Source: Phoronis australis (taxonomy: Eukaryota; Animalia; Phoronida). Taken from it: 64,000 nucleotides of DNA. The notes beneath the pieces were generated by a model that had not been told where the DNA came from, ran no database searches, and saw nothing but the letters and a program-made list of their open reading frames with translations. The number at the start of each line of letters is the position of its first letter. The stretch's first letter is position 1. This document shows positions 1 to 13,176 of the stretch, in pieces. Made by a program: the position numbers and the translations under genes. Location of the stretch: the NCBI GenBank assembly GCA_002633005.1, contig NMRA01000007.1, positions 1,673,042-1,737,041 on the forward strand, read 5' to 3'.

Positions 1-1974
1 AGACCAATGCACTTCTGTGATAAAACTTGTTCAATTGCAGTGAGACAGTGTGGTATGCTTCTGGACACCCAAAATCTGCAGCATCTCAGAAACTAAGGTT
101 AAACAAGATTGAAACCATTAAACACCACAAATGGGGCCTGTTAGTTCCACTCTCAGATGTTGTCTTATGATGGGAAATTAGAAGGGATAACCTGCCTTAT
201 TTCAGAAATTGACGTACCATTTCTGCTCCGATACAAGCCGTGTAATTGGGAAGCTCCAAAAATGGAATATGAAATAGTAGTAAAAATAAAATGTCAAGCA
301 TCGGTACTAAAATATAATATTAAAATATTCCCCACGTTTCAAGCGATGCACTCTTTGTATGTTAAAAACTGTACAGTCTACTTTTACTATTTAATAATTT
401 ATTTTTGTCCGTTCTTAACTGCAAGGTATTCCAGCATCTATTTGATTTATCTATACATGATTTTCAGGTGGGCTTAAATGGGATTTTTGGCTTATATAAG
501 GCAAAATCTTACCAATTTCAAACAAAGATGGTTGCCAATTAATTTAATTCAAAGTCTTCAGATCTAAAGTTGTTAGGAATTCTGACAATTTCTTAAAGCA
601 TTATTTTATGGTAACTGTGGTAAAGAACCTTAATAAAACAATTGCTTGGCACTACTTGCATCTTATAACAAAAATGAATTAAATAGAACTTCACTTGTCT
701 GCCATATTGTGTAATGGAAAGATATGTCAACAGCCTGGCAAAGGATCTGCTTCTCGTAGCGTGAGCATAATCCTACATGGAACAAACACAGGCTGTATTC
801 CGTAGCGAGTTGGTCATTGTTTTTGCTTAATTAAAGTGAAAGCACACACATCAAGATGCAGCTCCTTTGCTGGGCTGTTGACGTCACATTGTACTGTTGA
901 TAAAGGCCATGAGAACAGTATTTAGTAATATTTTTTCCGAGATGAGCAGGTATTTGTAGTCTTAGTAAGGGAAATATCAAAAATGGTTGACTCTTCCCCT
1001 TTAAATTGTTGGTAGGAGGCACAGCCTAGTCGGATCCATCCAAAACAGTCATATGTTGTCACATTATTAGGAACACAGTTGCCAAATTTCACAAGATTCG
1101 GCAAATAGTTTATGATATAACCTGGGTATCCAAAAACAGTTGCCTCTGAGGGCAATAGTTGGACCCATCTGAAAATCAATATCAGTCACGCTGTTTACGG
1201 TAGGAGTACATCAGTCAATTTTCTTCGTGATCCTATGAGTGGCGTGGCATATAGAGAGGCTGATGACAGAAAATAGACTCAAAAGTAATAAAAATGGTCA
1301 CAAGGTGGTGCAGAATACATCTAATTTGTCCAAAAATGGGAAGACATTGCCATTTTATAGAATACTATTTACCAAATTTTATGAACATCGCCAAGGGACT
1401 CCAAAAATGCGGAGGCAAACGTAAAATACTAGACTTGCCATCAGGGCATGTTAGTCAAATTCGTTCAAAAGTTATCGTCATCCATTGTCAGCTCTGTAAG
1501 AACACATGCCAATTTCCATGAAGATTCTTCTATGAGTTTTGGAGATACAGCAGATGTCTGACCAGAAGTGACAGCAACATGCACAGTACACGTCAAAAGT
1601 ATTCAGATAAATTAACCCAGAATTCCCTATCTGCCGGCTAGGCGGAAACTTAATTCATCATCAGATTAGTTTCCTCTCGTCAGCCAGAATGAAGGATAAT
1701 TAACAGTAAAGTTACTATGGTGGATAAGCCGTTATGTAATTGTAATTTTCCCCCACATTAGTTATTGCCAGTCATTTTTGCTGCTAACCGAGTTGACTGT
1801 CATGCCTTGTACTGTAAGTGTATGTGCGCAAATAAAAAAGAAGTCTGGGCTGTGCACTGTTGTTCCCCCTTTCCCTGAGCATCGTGCTGAGTAAATTGGA
1901 AGTTTTTCTTTTGAAAAATTGCCCTAACATACTTAGTCTTGGCAGTCCTCTGATAACATTGTGATTATTTTCAG

Positions 1975-2158
1975 ATCAACTGCTGTTTGTCGTCAACAGT
2001 GATACTGCAGATGGCGCTTCTCCCTTGTATATCGCCGCTCAGGAGGGACACCACGACTGTATCCGCCTTCTCTTGGACAATGGCGCTGATCCAACAAAGG
2101 CCTTGACCTTTGAGAAATATACTCCACTTGTGCCTGCTGTCTTGAAAGGACATCGAAA
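1975..2158 (+). CDS. Ankyrin repeat and SOCS box protein (ASB2/ASB3-like), internal exon; gene starts upstream of window
   Basis: Acceptor ttttcag|AT and donor AA|gtaatc. Translates QLLFVVNSDTADGASPLYIAAQEGHHDCIRLLLDNGADPTKALTFEKYTPLVPAVLKGHR, a canonical ankyrin repeat. Phase matches exon 3240. Confidence 0.9.
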
Positions 2159-3239
2159 GTAATCTTTGTCATGTACATTTTATTTCAATCTATTTGACTT
2201 CAACTGCATGACAAGAATCGTATGTTGACACCCAAGCCGGTCAAGATTGGGCAACTCAACCTACCTCAGGAATTGCGGATTTGGATCAAAGACGGCATGC
2301 TGTTGTGGTTATTTAAATTGCCTCAATCTGCTGATGTTATTGTTCTTAGATAATCAGACCCACTACAAACACACTGGGGGAGCCCAGCCAGTATTCTGTG
2401 CCTCATTAATTCTGTGGGGTGTGGAACATAATGGGCCAATTACCAAACCAGCAGGGAGCGTTGGGTTTCGAGGTAGGCCAAGTGTCATCGTACCATTCTT
2501 GGCATGTGGGGATTGATGCAAATTGTCAGTTTGCCGTTGTGTTTGTTTTGCCGGGAGATCATACGGTAATTTTGTCTTAAAGCTGCATTTCACCCGTTGG
2601 GTAAAAACCAAATTTGAATCTTGCCTTTAACCTTCATAATATTGCTTAATGTGATAGAATTCCACTTCTGTTACCATCAGTGGCTCAAGAAAACCCTTCA
2701 GACTTAATAGGTGTTGGCGAATTCAAAATGGCACTTGAACACATTGCCTGTGACTTGAGTTAGTAATGGAATTAGAATCCACTTGTGCTAAGGAATATTA
2801 CAAGATCGATTTTATGAGGTTAAAAAGCCTAATTCGATTTTCGTTGTTTAGCCAGCTAAATGACGAAATACAGTTTATGTCTTGAGTTTTAAGTTTGTCC
2901 ATTTGCTTGTTATAATTAATATTGTTATCAATTACAATTCATGGAGGCAGTTTGGGATGTTTGCTACTGTTACTAAGCAAGCAAGCAAAATTTAAAAAAT
3001 TTAATTCCTAGCTGCCACTTTAAATGTATAAAAGATATTTAAGTTGCGTTATTTGAGACATCTACCGTAGTCTTTTCCTTGTTTTTTTCCTGATCTTGGT
3101 CTCCAGGTTTAACTTACAGACCACACGTTAGCCAATCATGCGGGGTTGGCCGCAGCATTTTCAGAACGGAGTCAGATCTTGGAAACGTTTTGTAATAAAA
3201 TTGTGACTTTAACGGAGCACTAAAATTCTGTCTTTACAG

Positions 3240-3797
3240 ATGTGTGGAGATGTTGTGGATGTCTAGGGAGACCTCTGTGTGGGAAAAACTGCAGCCCGAT
3301 CTGTTGGTTTGGGCTATTGATAGCGAGGACATAGATATGGTGGAGTTCTTACTTAAGCTTGGCTGCAATCCAGACAGGCGGGTCACCATAGATAAATTAG
3401 ACTCGGAAACAGGGCCTCATATTTTCTACACGTACCTGAAGCCATCTTTTGGAGGAAAACTGCAACTAGACTATGACAAAGTTTCACCCGTCTGTATGAC
3501 AATAGCAAGAAGAGATGAAGAAAATACCCTGCAGATTCTGAAATGCATGTCTTCGCTGGAGCCAGAATCTGCCACCGAGTGTCCGATTATATACTTTGCG
3601 TTGTTGCACCACATGAGAGGTCAGGCGATATTAACGAAGTTACTGAGAACATATCAAGTGAATTTGGATTACTGGTATCCAGAATGGTTGACTGGTAATT
3701 TATCTGTGATGATGTGTTTATCCAGGCCGCATGCTTTAGTGGAGGTCTTGAAGTGCGGCGCAGAGGTGGATTCCGTTTTTGGAACTGGGTATCGGAA
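3240..3797 (+). CDS. ASB protein, internal exon
   Basis: Acceptor tttacag|A, donor AA|gtgagc. Open frame (ORF 3244..3801) with degenerate ankyrin-like segments (LVWAIDSEDIDMVEFLLKLGCNPD; VEVLKCGAEVD). Confidence 0.88.
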
Positions 3798-4452
3798 GTG
3801 AGCCTTTTAAATGTATTTGTAGCTTTCGCAGCATTATTGATGTTACTTTTGCCCTATCATGTTACAGCTTGTGTTGAGACACGGCATTTGAAAACCAGCA
3901 GATATTTTCAATATAATTTTCAAGGTATGCTGATTGATCGATAGAAACATTTAACTATAGTTACTTTATTAGCTTGTATGAATAATTCAAAGTACAATCA
4001 AAAGTATGCAAGTTATAGTCACTTTAACATGTTGTATCTGTTCTGTCTAATGCTACTGATCATTTTTTTGCCTCTACAACTCAGTAGTTAGCACAGAAGA
4101 CTCTACAGGCAGAGAGGCTGTATGTTTGGTCCCTGTCTACTGCAGGCATGAATTTTTTTCCTTAAATGGGTTCTCCAGTCAACTATGCTGTAAAGTAGTA
4201 CCAGCCGTGGCTGGAGAAGTAACTTGTAATGGCCTATTGTCATGGGGAGTTGGAAAGCCTCTTATTTGCTCACACAACACAGTTGAAAGACTGCTCACAA
4301 TACAGAAACTGTAGTTGGCAACTGGCCAAATGAGTCACATGCCTTTTGAAGAATTTACTTCACTTCTTCAGCACCCAAATTGTTTGCTCTTCAGTTATAG
4401 GGCAGTAAGAGAATGATTTGCCGTTGTTTTGTCAAAAGACTCATATTGGCTC

Positions 4453-4650
4453 CAGGGGCAGATCCAGGATTTTGANNNNNNNNNNNNNNNNNNNNNNNNN
4501 NNNNNNNNACTTGGGGGGGGGGGCAGTGCAGAGTATTAGCCAGGATTTTGCCTGTCAGACATTCGCACCCCCCCAAACTGCCAAATGGAATCTGGAGAAT
4601 TTTAGGGGGGTGAGCATGGCTCCCTTGGCCCCCTTCTAAATCCGCCACTG
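4453..4650. mobile_element. MITE family A (CAG(G/T)GGCGGAT TIRs, 5-bp TSD, hAT5-like)
   Basis: CAGGGGCAGATCC...ATCCGCCACTG with TSD GGCTC. Contains an N gap at a G-run. Confidence 0.85.
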
Positions 4651-4670
4651 GGCTCTTTATATTGTTTCAG

Positions 4671-4879
4671 TGATGGGACCCAAACAGCACTTGGCAGTCT
4701 GTTCAACTCTCCATCGTTCTGTAGCCGGGCTCAGCTAGACACGTTAGTGCAGGAAGTAACGTGGGACAAGTCAGCAGTCGTAAGGTTGCTTTTGGAGTTT
4801 ACAGGAAATGTCAGGTTGGACCCAAATGTTGAGTCGACAGTTGGCAGAGATCAGTGGCTGAAGCTAACTGCAATTACAG
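4671..4879 (+). CDS. ASB protein, penultimate coding exon
   Basis: Acceptor tgtttcag|T, donor G|gtgatg. Encodes ...VVRLLLEFTGNVRLDP...WLKLTAIT, resembling the pre-SOCS region of ASB2/3. Phases are consistent on both sides. Confidence 0.85.
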
Positions 4880-6057
4880 GTGATGAAAGGGATGCATTAG
4901 TCTATTTTACCTAAGGTCATATGCCTGCCAGTCGTAGAGTAGAAGGTTGGAGGAATTGTGAAACTTACGCTGTAGTAGTTATAAGACTTCAGCATTAAAA
5001 CTAACAAAAAACAGACCATTGGCTGCATTTAAAGTGACTTAAATGAACTATGTGCTCGGAAACAATATGAAGTAAACCAGACTTAGTTAGGACTTGGCTT
5101 ATGACCTTTGCATTGACCCTTCATTTCAATAAAGTCTCCCTCCTTGCATTCATTGTCGTTCACATTTTGCTACTTCTAATGGCTTCTGTTTAAATAATTT
5201 TCTGTTGGCTAATAGGTAAAGTTATTGTTGAGGTGATGACAATGCTCTTCACACTGCTCACACCAGGGGGCACTCCACGGTATTTTGAGATGAATTGTTT
5301 GAGTGAGTGACATATTAGAGACACAACCTTCATACAGTTTCATCTTTGCGCTAACACGTCCTGGTATTAAACCTGTAACAAACCTGCCTTTTGTCAAAAT
5401 TCAATCTTTTTTATTCATATCACTCAACATGATTATAAAACTGCATGGTCTCAAGTTATATATAGATAATGTGAATTCTGGGTTTTGGAAGTAATGGTAG
5501 TATATAATGGCTTGACTTGATTAGGCTGGTCTCAAGAAATTACGCACTGACTCTTCTTCCCAGATTTAGAAATCAGAAGTTCAGATTAAGTTTATTGCTG
5601 TAACTGGTTTTATCAAAAGCATTTTACATTATGCAGAAACATAGCTGCTTTAAAGGATTGTTATTTCCCAACTGAAAGTATTGTACAGTAAAACTTGCAT
5701 AAATTGGACTCGCATGAAGCAGATTTACACTGAAAACGTACAAAGTTCTGCAATATGGTTGTTTGTTGCACTCGGCCCGTTAGACCAGTCAGTTTTTCAA
5801 CTTACTCTGACAAAATTTCTCGGTACAATTGAATCTGACTTGTGCGAGTTTTACTTCGATAATTTTAAAGCCTTAACTTAAAGTGTATTTGAATTAGAAC
5901 CACAACAATGCCCCTCCCTATTTTGCGAAATTTGCACAAATAGCCGCATAATAATATTTATCATCTGAGCTATGGTTGGCAGATCATTAATGGAGCTGTG
6001 AGAATTTGAGAATTGCAACCTTGTATAATGAAGTTCAATGTGACTGCTTCTTTTCAG

Positions 6058-6233
6058 ACAATCCCCGATCACTGGAACATATATGTCGCCTTGCCATTCG
6101 CCAGTGTCTGGGCTCCGGACGTTTGCGTTCAGATGAGCATGTGAAATCTCTTGGACTTCCTCTGAATCTTACGTCTTATATTTTATATGAGGATCTTTGT
6201 TATGAAGACATTGTTGATCTAATGAAGACATGA
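6058..6233 (+). CDS. ASB protein, last exon with SOCS box
   Basis: Acceptor ttttcag|AC. DNPRSLEHICRLAIRQCLGSGRLRSDEHVKSLGLPLNLTSYILY is a SOCS box (BC box plus LPxxL cullin box). Stop TGA at 6231-6233. Confidence 0.92.
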
Positions 6234-7608
6234 TGTGACAGATGGAAGTAGCTGCCATTTTTTAAATAACATGTTTTATTTTGGTGTGCGGAAGAATCAC
6301 CTCTCAAGGCCACTCTCGGGAGGTGAGCAAACTTTGTCGACAAGTCGGCGTATTTAGCCAAATATTTACACAACTATAGATTTTAACTGACAGTAAAAGT
6401 TTGTTTTTGAAAGTAGAAAGCTTGTAGAATTGATTTTGGACCTCATCAATCGGCCACCAATTGGATCACGTGACCATGTTTTTTTGGTAAAATTAATCAA
6501 AAAAGAAAGGTTCATTCATTAACAAAAATATGGTATTAACTACATGACCACATTTCATGTGATATTATTAATTAAAAAGATGAACTTTCAAAAATGGTGT
6601 TACTGTTTTTTAAATTCTTTAACTTTCGTTTTATATGGACAGGCTTTGATTTTTTTCATAAAAGTCCTATTAAATGTAATCGCCCTTCGTGCTAAAGTGG
6701 AACACTTAAAAAACAATTTGTAATGTTTTGGTGACTAGTGTATTTATATAAAGCATAATATCTGAAAGTTGGACAGCCATTTCTGAAGTATGATGTTCTA
6801 CAGTTAGCCAAATTTGGATGCAAAGAGTGATTGCCATTCACGTTGAACCAATGTAGCATCACTTCTGCTTCTGATGTACAACACCTCTGTGGCAGATTTC
6901 TGAACTCAACCTAGCGGGGAGAGCTGCCTTGAGAAATAGTCGACTTGATAGTATTCCAGGACAAAGTGACAGACAGAATAAAAATTCTGAAATAAATGAG
7001 ACCTTTTCTGTTACTGGATATCACAATTAATAACATCTTGGTGTGGGGTCAAATCACAAATACTGATATTGCATAGTATTTTTGTAACAGTATGCTACTC
7101 CACTTCAACAAATTAATAGTAATTTGTCTTGACAAAATCAGGACTGTTCTACAAACAAAAATGATTAATATCAAGTTTGTTGACGTGAGACAGCAAGTGG
7201 TTATTCAGTACATAACACCCTGTTCCCCTTAGTTACATGTCAACATACATCTACTAATCAGCAGTAAGCTGTGGAAGGTAAATGGTAAGAAAAAGGAAAC
7301 TCAGGAATTTGCATGAACTTACTCTCTTGTCCACCAGAGGGCAGCAGGAACCATTGGTTCTGTAACTGCCAACAGTTCTGCATGTCTTCTTCAAACCCAA
7401 ACGCAATGAAAATCCAACTAAAAACCAAGTGAGTTAACAAATAGTTGGCACTTGAAATTGAGCAGATGTTAGCTCATGTCAACCACATAAGTCATTTACG
7501 TACACTCCAGCCAATGAGAAAGTTTAGGCAACTGCATAACCCAACTTGAAGACATGAGTCCTTATTCACAATAGTGTGTTAAGAACAGAAAATATTCGCC
7601 AAATGAGC

Positions 7609-7783
7609 TGTATATTTAGATGATCCTTGTCAATGTATATTTAGATGATCCTTGTCAATGTATATTTAGATGATCCTTGTCAATGTATATTTAGATGATC
7701 CTTGTCAATGTATATTTAGATGATCCTTGTCAATGTATATTTAGATGATCCTTGTCAATGTATATTTAGATGATCCTTGTCAA
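7609..7783. repeat. Minisatellite, 7 x 25 bp, perfect
   Basis: (TGTATATTTAGATGATCCTTGTCAA)x7. Confidence 0.97.
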
Positions 7784-8202
7784 CTTTTAACTATTAACCT
7801 TTGTCCAACATTTCAATACAATACAGTAACAATCAAGTTTGTATATTACACATTGCTTTCACACACATAAGTCACCATTCATATTGTATATTATAACATT
7901 ATACATATCTTTGGTGCCAACATGTCAGCTTGTGGCATTAAAGACCCATGCAGCACTAAATGGGTTAAGCCAGAATAGAAAACTTTAAACTGGAATTAAA
8001 CAAGTTGATGGCGATGAATATTCCCACAGAAGTATTCAATGAACTCAGTTCAGTTCAAGATTTTGAATGCGTAACTAGAATGCAAATTCACTTGATATAA
8101 AATAACATAATGAAGAGTTCTAACCAAAACAATGATTCTCACAGGTGGCGCTGCATGGGGCTTTCAATAACCAACAGAATGACTGGTTAGCTGCAAGACC
8201 TG

Positions 8203-8331
8203 GCGTACGTTCAGTAGACGCTAGGACCTAGCTAAAACCAAGTCAAAGTCACGTGTTCTCATTTAAAATACACGGCAATATCTCGCAAAGTCTTGCTTTT
8301 TAGCAAGGTCCTAGCGTTACTGAACGGGAGG
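8203..8331. mobile_element. MITE family B (PIF/Harbinger-like, CTG TSD)
   Basis: TIR core GTTCAGTAACGCTAGGACCT; TSD CTG; homologous to 47245, 49183 and 59152. Confidence 0.82.
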
Positions 8332-8416
8332 CTGGCATCCTGAATCTCTTTGGCAACTGATAGACTTCTGAAAGTATTTTGATCTCGACAGTTTTTTGTT
8401 GAAGCCATTTAGTATA

Positions 8417-8485
8417 CATGGGCGGCGCAAGACTGAAATAAGTGGGGCTATAGCTCCCCAGCCCCCCTATGGTGCGCCGCCCATG
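8417..8485. mobile_element. 69-bp minimal MITE
   Basis: Perfect 13-bp TIR CATGGGCGGCGCA/TGCGCCGCCCATG; flanks GTATA/TTATA. Confidence 0.7.
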
Positions 8486-10619
8486 TTATATGCTAAATAT
8501 GCTAACCTTGTCCACTGAAAAGGCTTAGCTGCCACTGATAAGTGACATGGTTGACGTCCCAGCATTCACCTGTTAGAACTTTCAAAAAATTAAGATCAAG
8601 ACCACTTGTTTTTATTTTAATACAGTATCCGCAAACAAAATCTTTCAAAACAAACTAAGCACTTCGAGTGTAACATTTACTCAACTGTTAACATAACTTT
8701 TTATACAATATAATTAATTGCAAAAATTGGCAGACTCGCAATCCAGGCAAAAACAATTCAGTTATAAACTGAACTTAAAGACACTTAAACATGGGAATCA
8801 TTAATCAACAGAAAGCCAGGTGAAGTCAATATAGGACATTCAAAGTAGAATGAATATTTGTAAACTATCGTAAATAAAGAATAGCATACCAACATAGCAG
8901 TTTTTAAAGTTGGTGACGTGTGGCTTTAAATGAATTTAACCATAAAATAACAATTATTCGGATACCATTAGGACAGACGTATACATTGTTAAAATGGCTT
9001 CGAAATAACTGAGTTAGAGCTTGAAAGATAATTCTGTACACAGTATACCACAGTCTTAAAGTGACACTTGGTAAAAGCCAATGGCACATATTGTTCACAT
9101 TAACAAGGTATTGCAACTCTAACAAACATAAGCCACATGGCAAATCAACAGCACTGCTATGCGTCTAAAAATACACCCTAAAGATTAATTCAATGCTTTT
9201 CCCATTTGATAATGAAACAAAAATGAACATAGATTACTATTTCACCAACTAATAACACGGGGGGGNCCAACTAATAACACAGGGGGGGGAATCACCCGAC
9301 ATGACGTTTAATGAGCATATCAAATATCAAAAAAGTTTTGAGTTTATGGGCAGTGGTCATATGGCCATCTGCAATTTTAGAACAATTGGATTTTCTATAC
9401 AAATGGAGAGGTAGCAAAGGTACTTATGGCCCCCTCACCTGATTTAAGCAAAGACTTTTTGTCACAAGAGAATATGAATAGTCATTGACCTCAATAACTG
9501 AGGGGGACATCGGCTAAGTACATACCTTAATAGCTCAATTTCTTGTTTTTTCTGTCGAGTGTACACATTCAATACTAAAGAATTGGAACGAAAATAAACC
9601 CCTTTTATAAATCCATGAAATTAACCCACTTTTAATGACTAGGTTGTCTCTAATTCATGATAACAATTTCTTCAGAGAAATAACTACCATATTGACCATA
9701 TATCTGATGTCCAATATAATGCAGTGCCTAAAACATAAATAAACAGTGAAAAAAATAACTTTGCTCTTATGAAAGCCAATGTGCCGAGTTCTCCCTGAAT
9801 TCATTTAAGCATTCCCAAGTGACCACAATAATATAAGTATGTTTAAAATACTTCAAGTGGTTTAAGTTCTTCACGGTCAATTAGTATTCTATTTCATACA
9901 CATCACCCCAGCTGATAATCCCATAGTTGCTGTAGCTCTTTCATTTTTCCAACACATTTAGTGTAAGCCAGTGAGGAAAGGATGCTTTGATACAGAACTG
10001 AGGTGAATCTCAACAGAGAGTTCTAGAGACTGAAAATTGCCAACCCATGGACTCTTAATTGCTACATGGGAATTTCCGAAAGAGACATTTTTGGTCCATA
10101 AAAAGGTCATCAGCTAGTTTACTAACTTCTTAATTTAGAAGTTACTAGCTTTTGATAACAAGTGATAATTTGGCAATGGAATCATCACTGTACTTCTCTT
10201 TTAGTAGCCTCCATCTTGCAACATACTTTAATGGTTGAATGAGTGGACAATAAGTTATGAAAAGGCACCCTGGAGGCATTTTTGGAGGCGAAATCACTTT
10301 GGGAAAGTTGATGTTTTGGAAACCTTTAGCCTGTAGCACTTCACCCAGTAGACAATATTAAGATTTTTAATTTAATAAAAAAACTTCCACAAGACTTCAA
10401 TTGATTGGCCTGCTTATTTTGTCCCAAATTCCTATAAATATTCATAGGTGAAGGCCTGTCATTCTTATAGGCCAGATCAATATTCAGTTGTGAAAGTGGC
10501 GCAATAAGGAAACTGCAATAATACTAAACATAAAAACCACTGGTGCTGTGGTGGGAAAATATATAATGAAACTGCAGAACTCGGCACAAGGCCTTTGGGA
10601 CTTCAATTCTTCAGTCATA

Positions 10620-10809
10620 TCAGTCCCCAACTCTTATATTCGGGTTGGCCAAGGGATTCAGTGCCGGATCGTCGTCCGTCGCCATGTGACCCAATTTAGA
10701 GAATATTATAATGATGGTGATGAACCCTATTAAACCAATGACGAGGACGACGACAAACCGCTTGAAGGTGGCGTTAGGATCTTTCTTCTTGTTTGTCGGG
10801 GCTCTTGAC
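10620..10809 (-). CDS. ZFPL1: ZFPL1 exon 6 (transmembrane anchor, C-terminus)
   Basis: Hydrophobic FVVVLVIGLIGFITIIIIF followed by the conserved DDDPALNPLANPNIRVGD* tail. Stop at 10620-10622. Confidence 0.95.
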
Positions 10810-11559
10810 CTGTGAAAATTTTAAGGGATAACAATACATTGACGTGTATTTGAATGGGAGACTAAATAATTATTCACTAGGTGGCGGTGGTGGTGTGGCA
10901 ACAGTCACTTACAGGAGGTGCACATTTTGAGTAACACTTTCAAATGCTTGTTAATAAGTAGAGAAATGCACGACCCCTGTATAAAGAGACTATTACCAGT
11001 GGCGCTAATGACGAATTGGTCGGTTTCATATCTGAATAGAGTACAGATTATTACTTGTATCCAATGTCAGAAATAAGCACAGACACACAATCGGTATCGG
11101 ATATTTAACAGTGACATTCATTACTCACCAGACACTAGTCAAAGTTTAACAGATATAACATGCCCTCAATTCTTTTGAAAATCAAAAATTAAACCTTCTA
11201 ATGTTTAGTACTGAAATAAGACATTTTCAACATCACTTAGACATTCAAACTTGGCAACAATCTAACATGTTGTACAATACATGTTACAGTATTCAACAAT
11301 TGCTAAGTTTTGTTCAAATATCGTCTCTACTCCATGAAAACATCTAGCCCCAGGATCGCAATACAGGCAGAAAATATACTAAGTTGAGTTATTTTCTTCT
11401 CCCATGAACAACTGTGCCTGGTAACAGATGTGATTTCTCAAGACAAGAGTTCCCTCCGCATGGCAGCATTTTCTGTTTTGATTTCCGGAATGCAGAATAA
11501 TTGGTGAGTTCAATGAAGCAAAGGTTCCTGCAGGTGTTCACATTCTGTACAAAACGTAC

Positions 11560-11680
11560 CTGAACCAATTTGTTAACCATTGGAATGCTGAGCGTCGTTT
11601 ATACTTGTCTTCGTCGTGGTCATGTGACATGTTAGCAACAAAGCTGTCATTTCCATCAAACACTTTGGGAATTCTTGAAC
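11560..11680 (-). CDS. ZFPL1: ZFPL1 exon 5
   Basis: GSRIPKVFDGNDSFVANMSHDHDEDKYKRRSAFQWLTNWF contains the conserved DxDEDKYKRR motif. Donor gtacgt. Confidence 0.92.
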
Positions 11681-12372
11681 CTTCAATGGAATAAAGTGCT
11701 TGGATAATGATTAAAGTTCTACAGAGCGCAACTCCAGAGGCTCAAAAATCTGTAACTGGAATTGTTTTGTAAGACAAACACAAAATCAAAATACAACAAT
11801 TCCATTGAAACAGTACATTTTCCAGCATGACAGTCGTACAAGTCCTGAACATTGGTAGTGCATAACAGTCAGTTACTCTAATATTTGTATTGTAGGAGTG
11901 CAATATCATTGTCAAAGACACTAAACCGCGCTGCTGTGCTAAAAATGCTAAAATTAGGCAAGAATTTTAATCAATGAAAGTAATTAAAACAGGTTTACAT
12001 GCTGTCTGATAAGAAGGCAGATCAGACGTCTGATCAAGATCTACAAAACGTCATATGTGAACAATCGTCTGACATCTAACATCTGCATTCATATTGTCCA
12101 ATCAGCCTTCTTACTGTGAGAAACCAACATTCCAATGGCTTGACTTGTGTTTAGACACCATGTTGGCTGCAAATAATTGGCCAGCACATATTAGCATTTT
12201 CCAGAATGTCAGTTACTCCTAACACAGCAGATAGGATGCTTTTGTGGATGTTCAATTTACGCAGCTGATCTGCCTTCTCTGATTAGACGTCTGACCTGCC
12301 TTTTGATTATACATGTGAACGCGGTATCAGCTAGGCTATGACATCATTAATTCATCCACTTGTCAGAGTTAC

Positions 12373-12799
12373 CTGGTGTGTATGATGTGGACCTTTCACC
12401 AGCTCTGGAGTACATCCCTTCGTCAATATGTACAGTGGTGTGTTGCGTGACCCCCACGCCATGATGTGAGTGCCCCACACTCTCCTGTGAAGTCCCAGTG
12501 CCTTGCTGAGAGGCTCCCACACTATGTTGCAGAGGTACCTTACTCTGTTGCGAATGACCAATGCTATTCGCTGTATCATACTCTGTACTTGACATGCTGT
12601 GCCAGTGTGTAGATTGATCTGTACGGTCATGGTCATGAATAGAGTTCATCTGAGAATGATCATTTCTGTGGTTCTGTTGAGCACCATTGTTCGCTAATGT
12701 CGCTGCGTGTGAAGCCGTGGAAACACTGGGTGTTACAGCAGACGAATCGTATCCAATCTGTACACCAGGGGGCAGGCTTGTTTTTGTTTTTTCTTCAAT
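12373..12799 (-). CDS. ZFPL1: ZFPL1 exon 4 (low-complexity linker)
   Basis: tttatag|ATTGAAGAA (IEE follows GLPL as in orthologues). Frame stays open through ORF 12347..12649. Donor G|gtaact; phases fit. Confidence 0.85.
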
Positions 12800-13176
12800 C
12801 TATAAAGTGACAATATTTAGACTAGATCAGACAAGCATAAAGGAAATGTACACAAGTGATACTAGTAATTCATAACTACTACAAGCACGGTCATTTAAAT
12901 GCTTTTGAACAGTCAGCAATGAGCATTAGCTTGAACCAATTCATGTAACCATCATCACAACCTCAAAATGAATAAGTTGAGATACAGTTTACAGCTAAAG
13001 TGGACCAAATCAAAAGTTAGCATTTTTGAAAGAATGCAGGTTTATAGCTACTCTAAATCGTCATTAATTGGCTTTCACGAAGACAAAGAGTGCTTTCAAA
13101 AACTGTACTAATAAAAATAGACATGAAGTCAGACATAGTTAAAAATTTGGGGGTGAGCATTATGCCAAACATAGAA

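Noticed and set aside
4391-4648. Similar short ORFs (MADLEGG...GKILANTL) recurring at 4391, 26473, 44556, 56700 and 57446
   Set aside because: Translations of MITE family A copies, not a peptide family.
7609-7783. Possible CRISPR-like array
   Set aside because: Units are directly adjacent with no spacers, and the context is eukaryotic.
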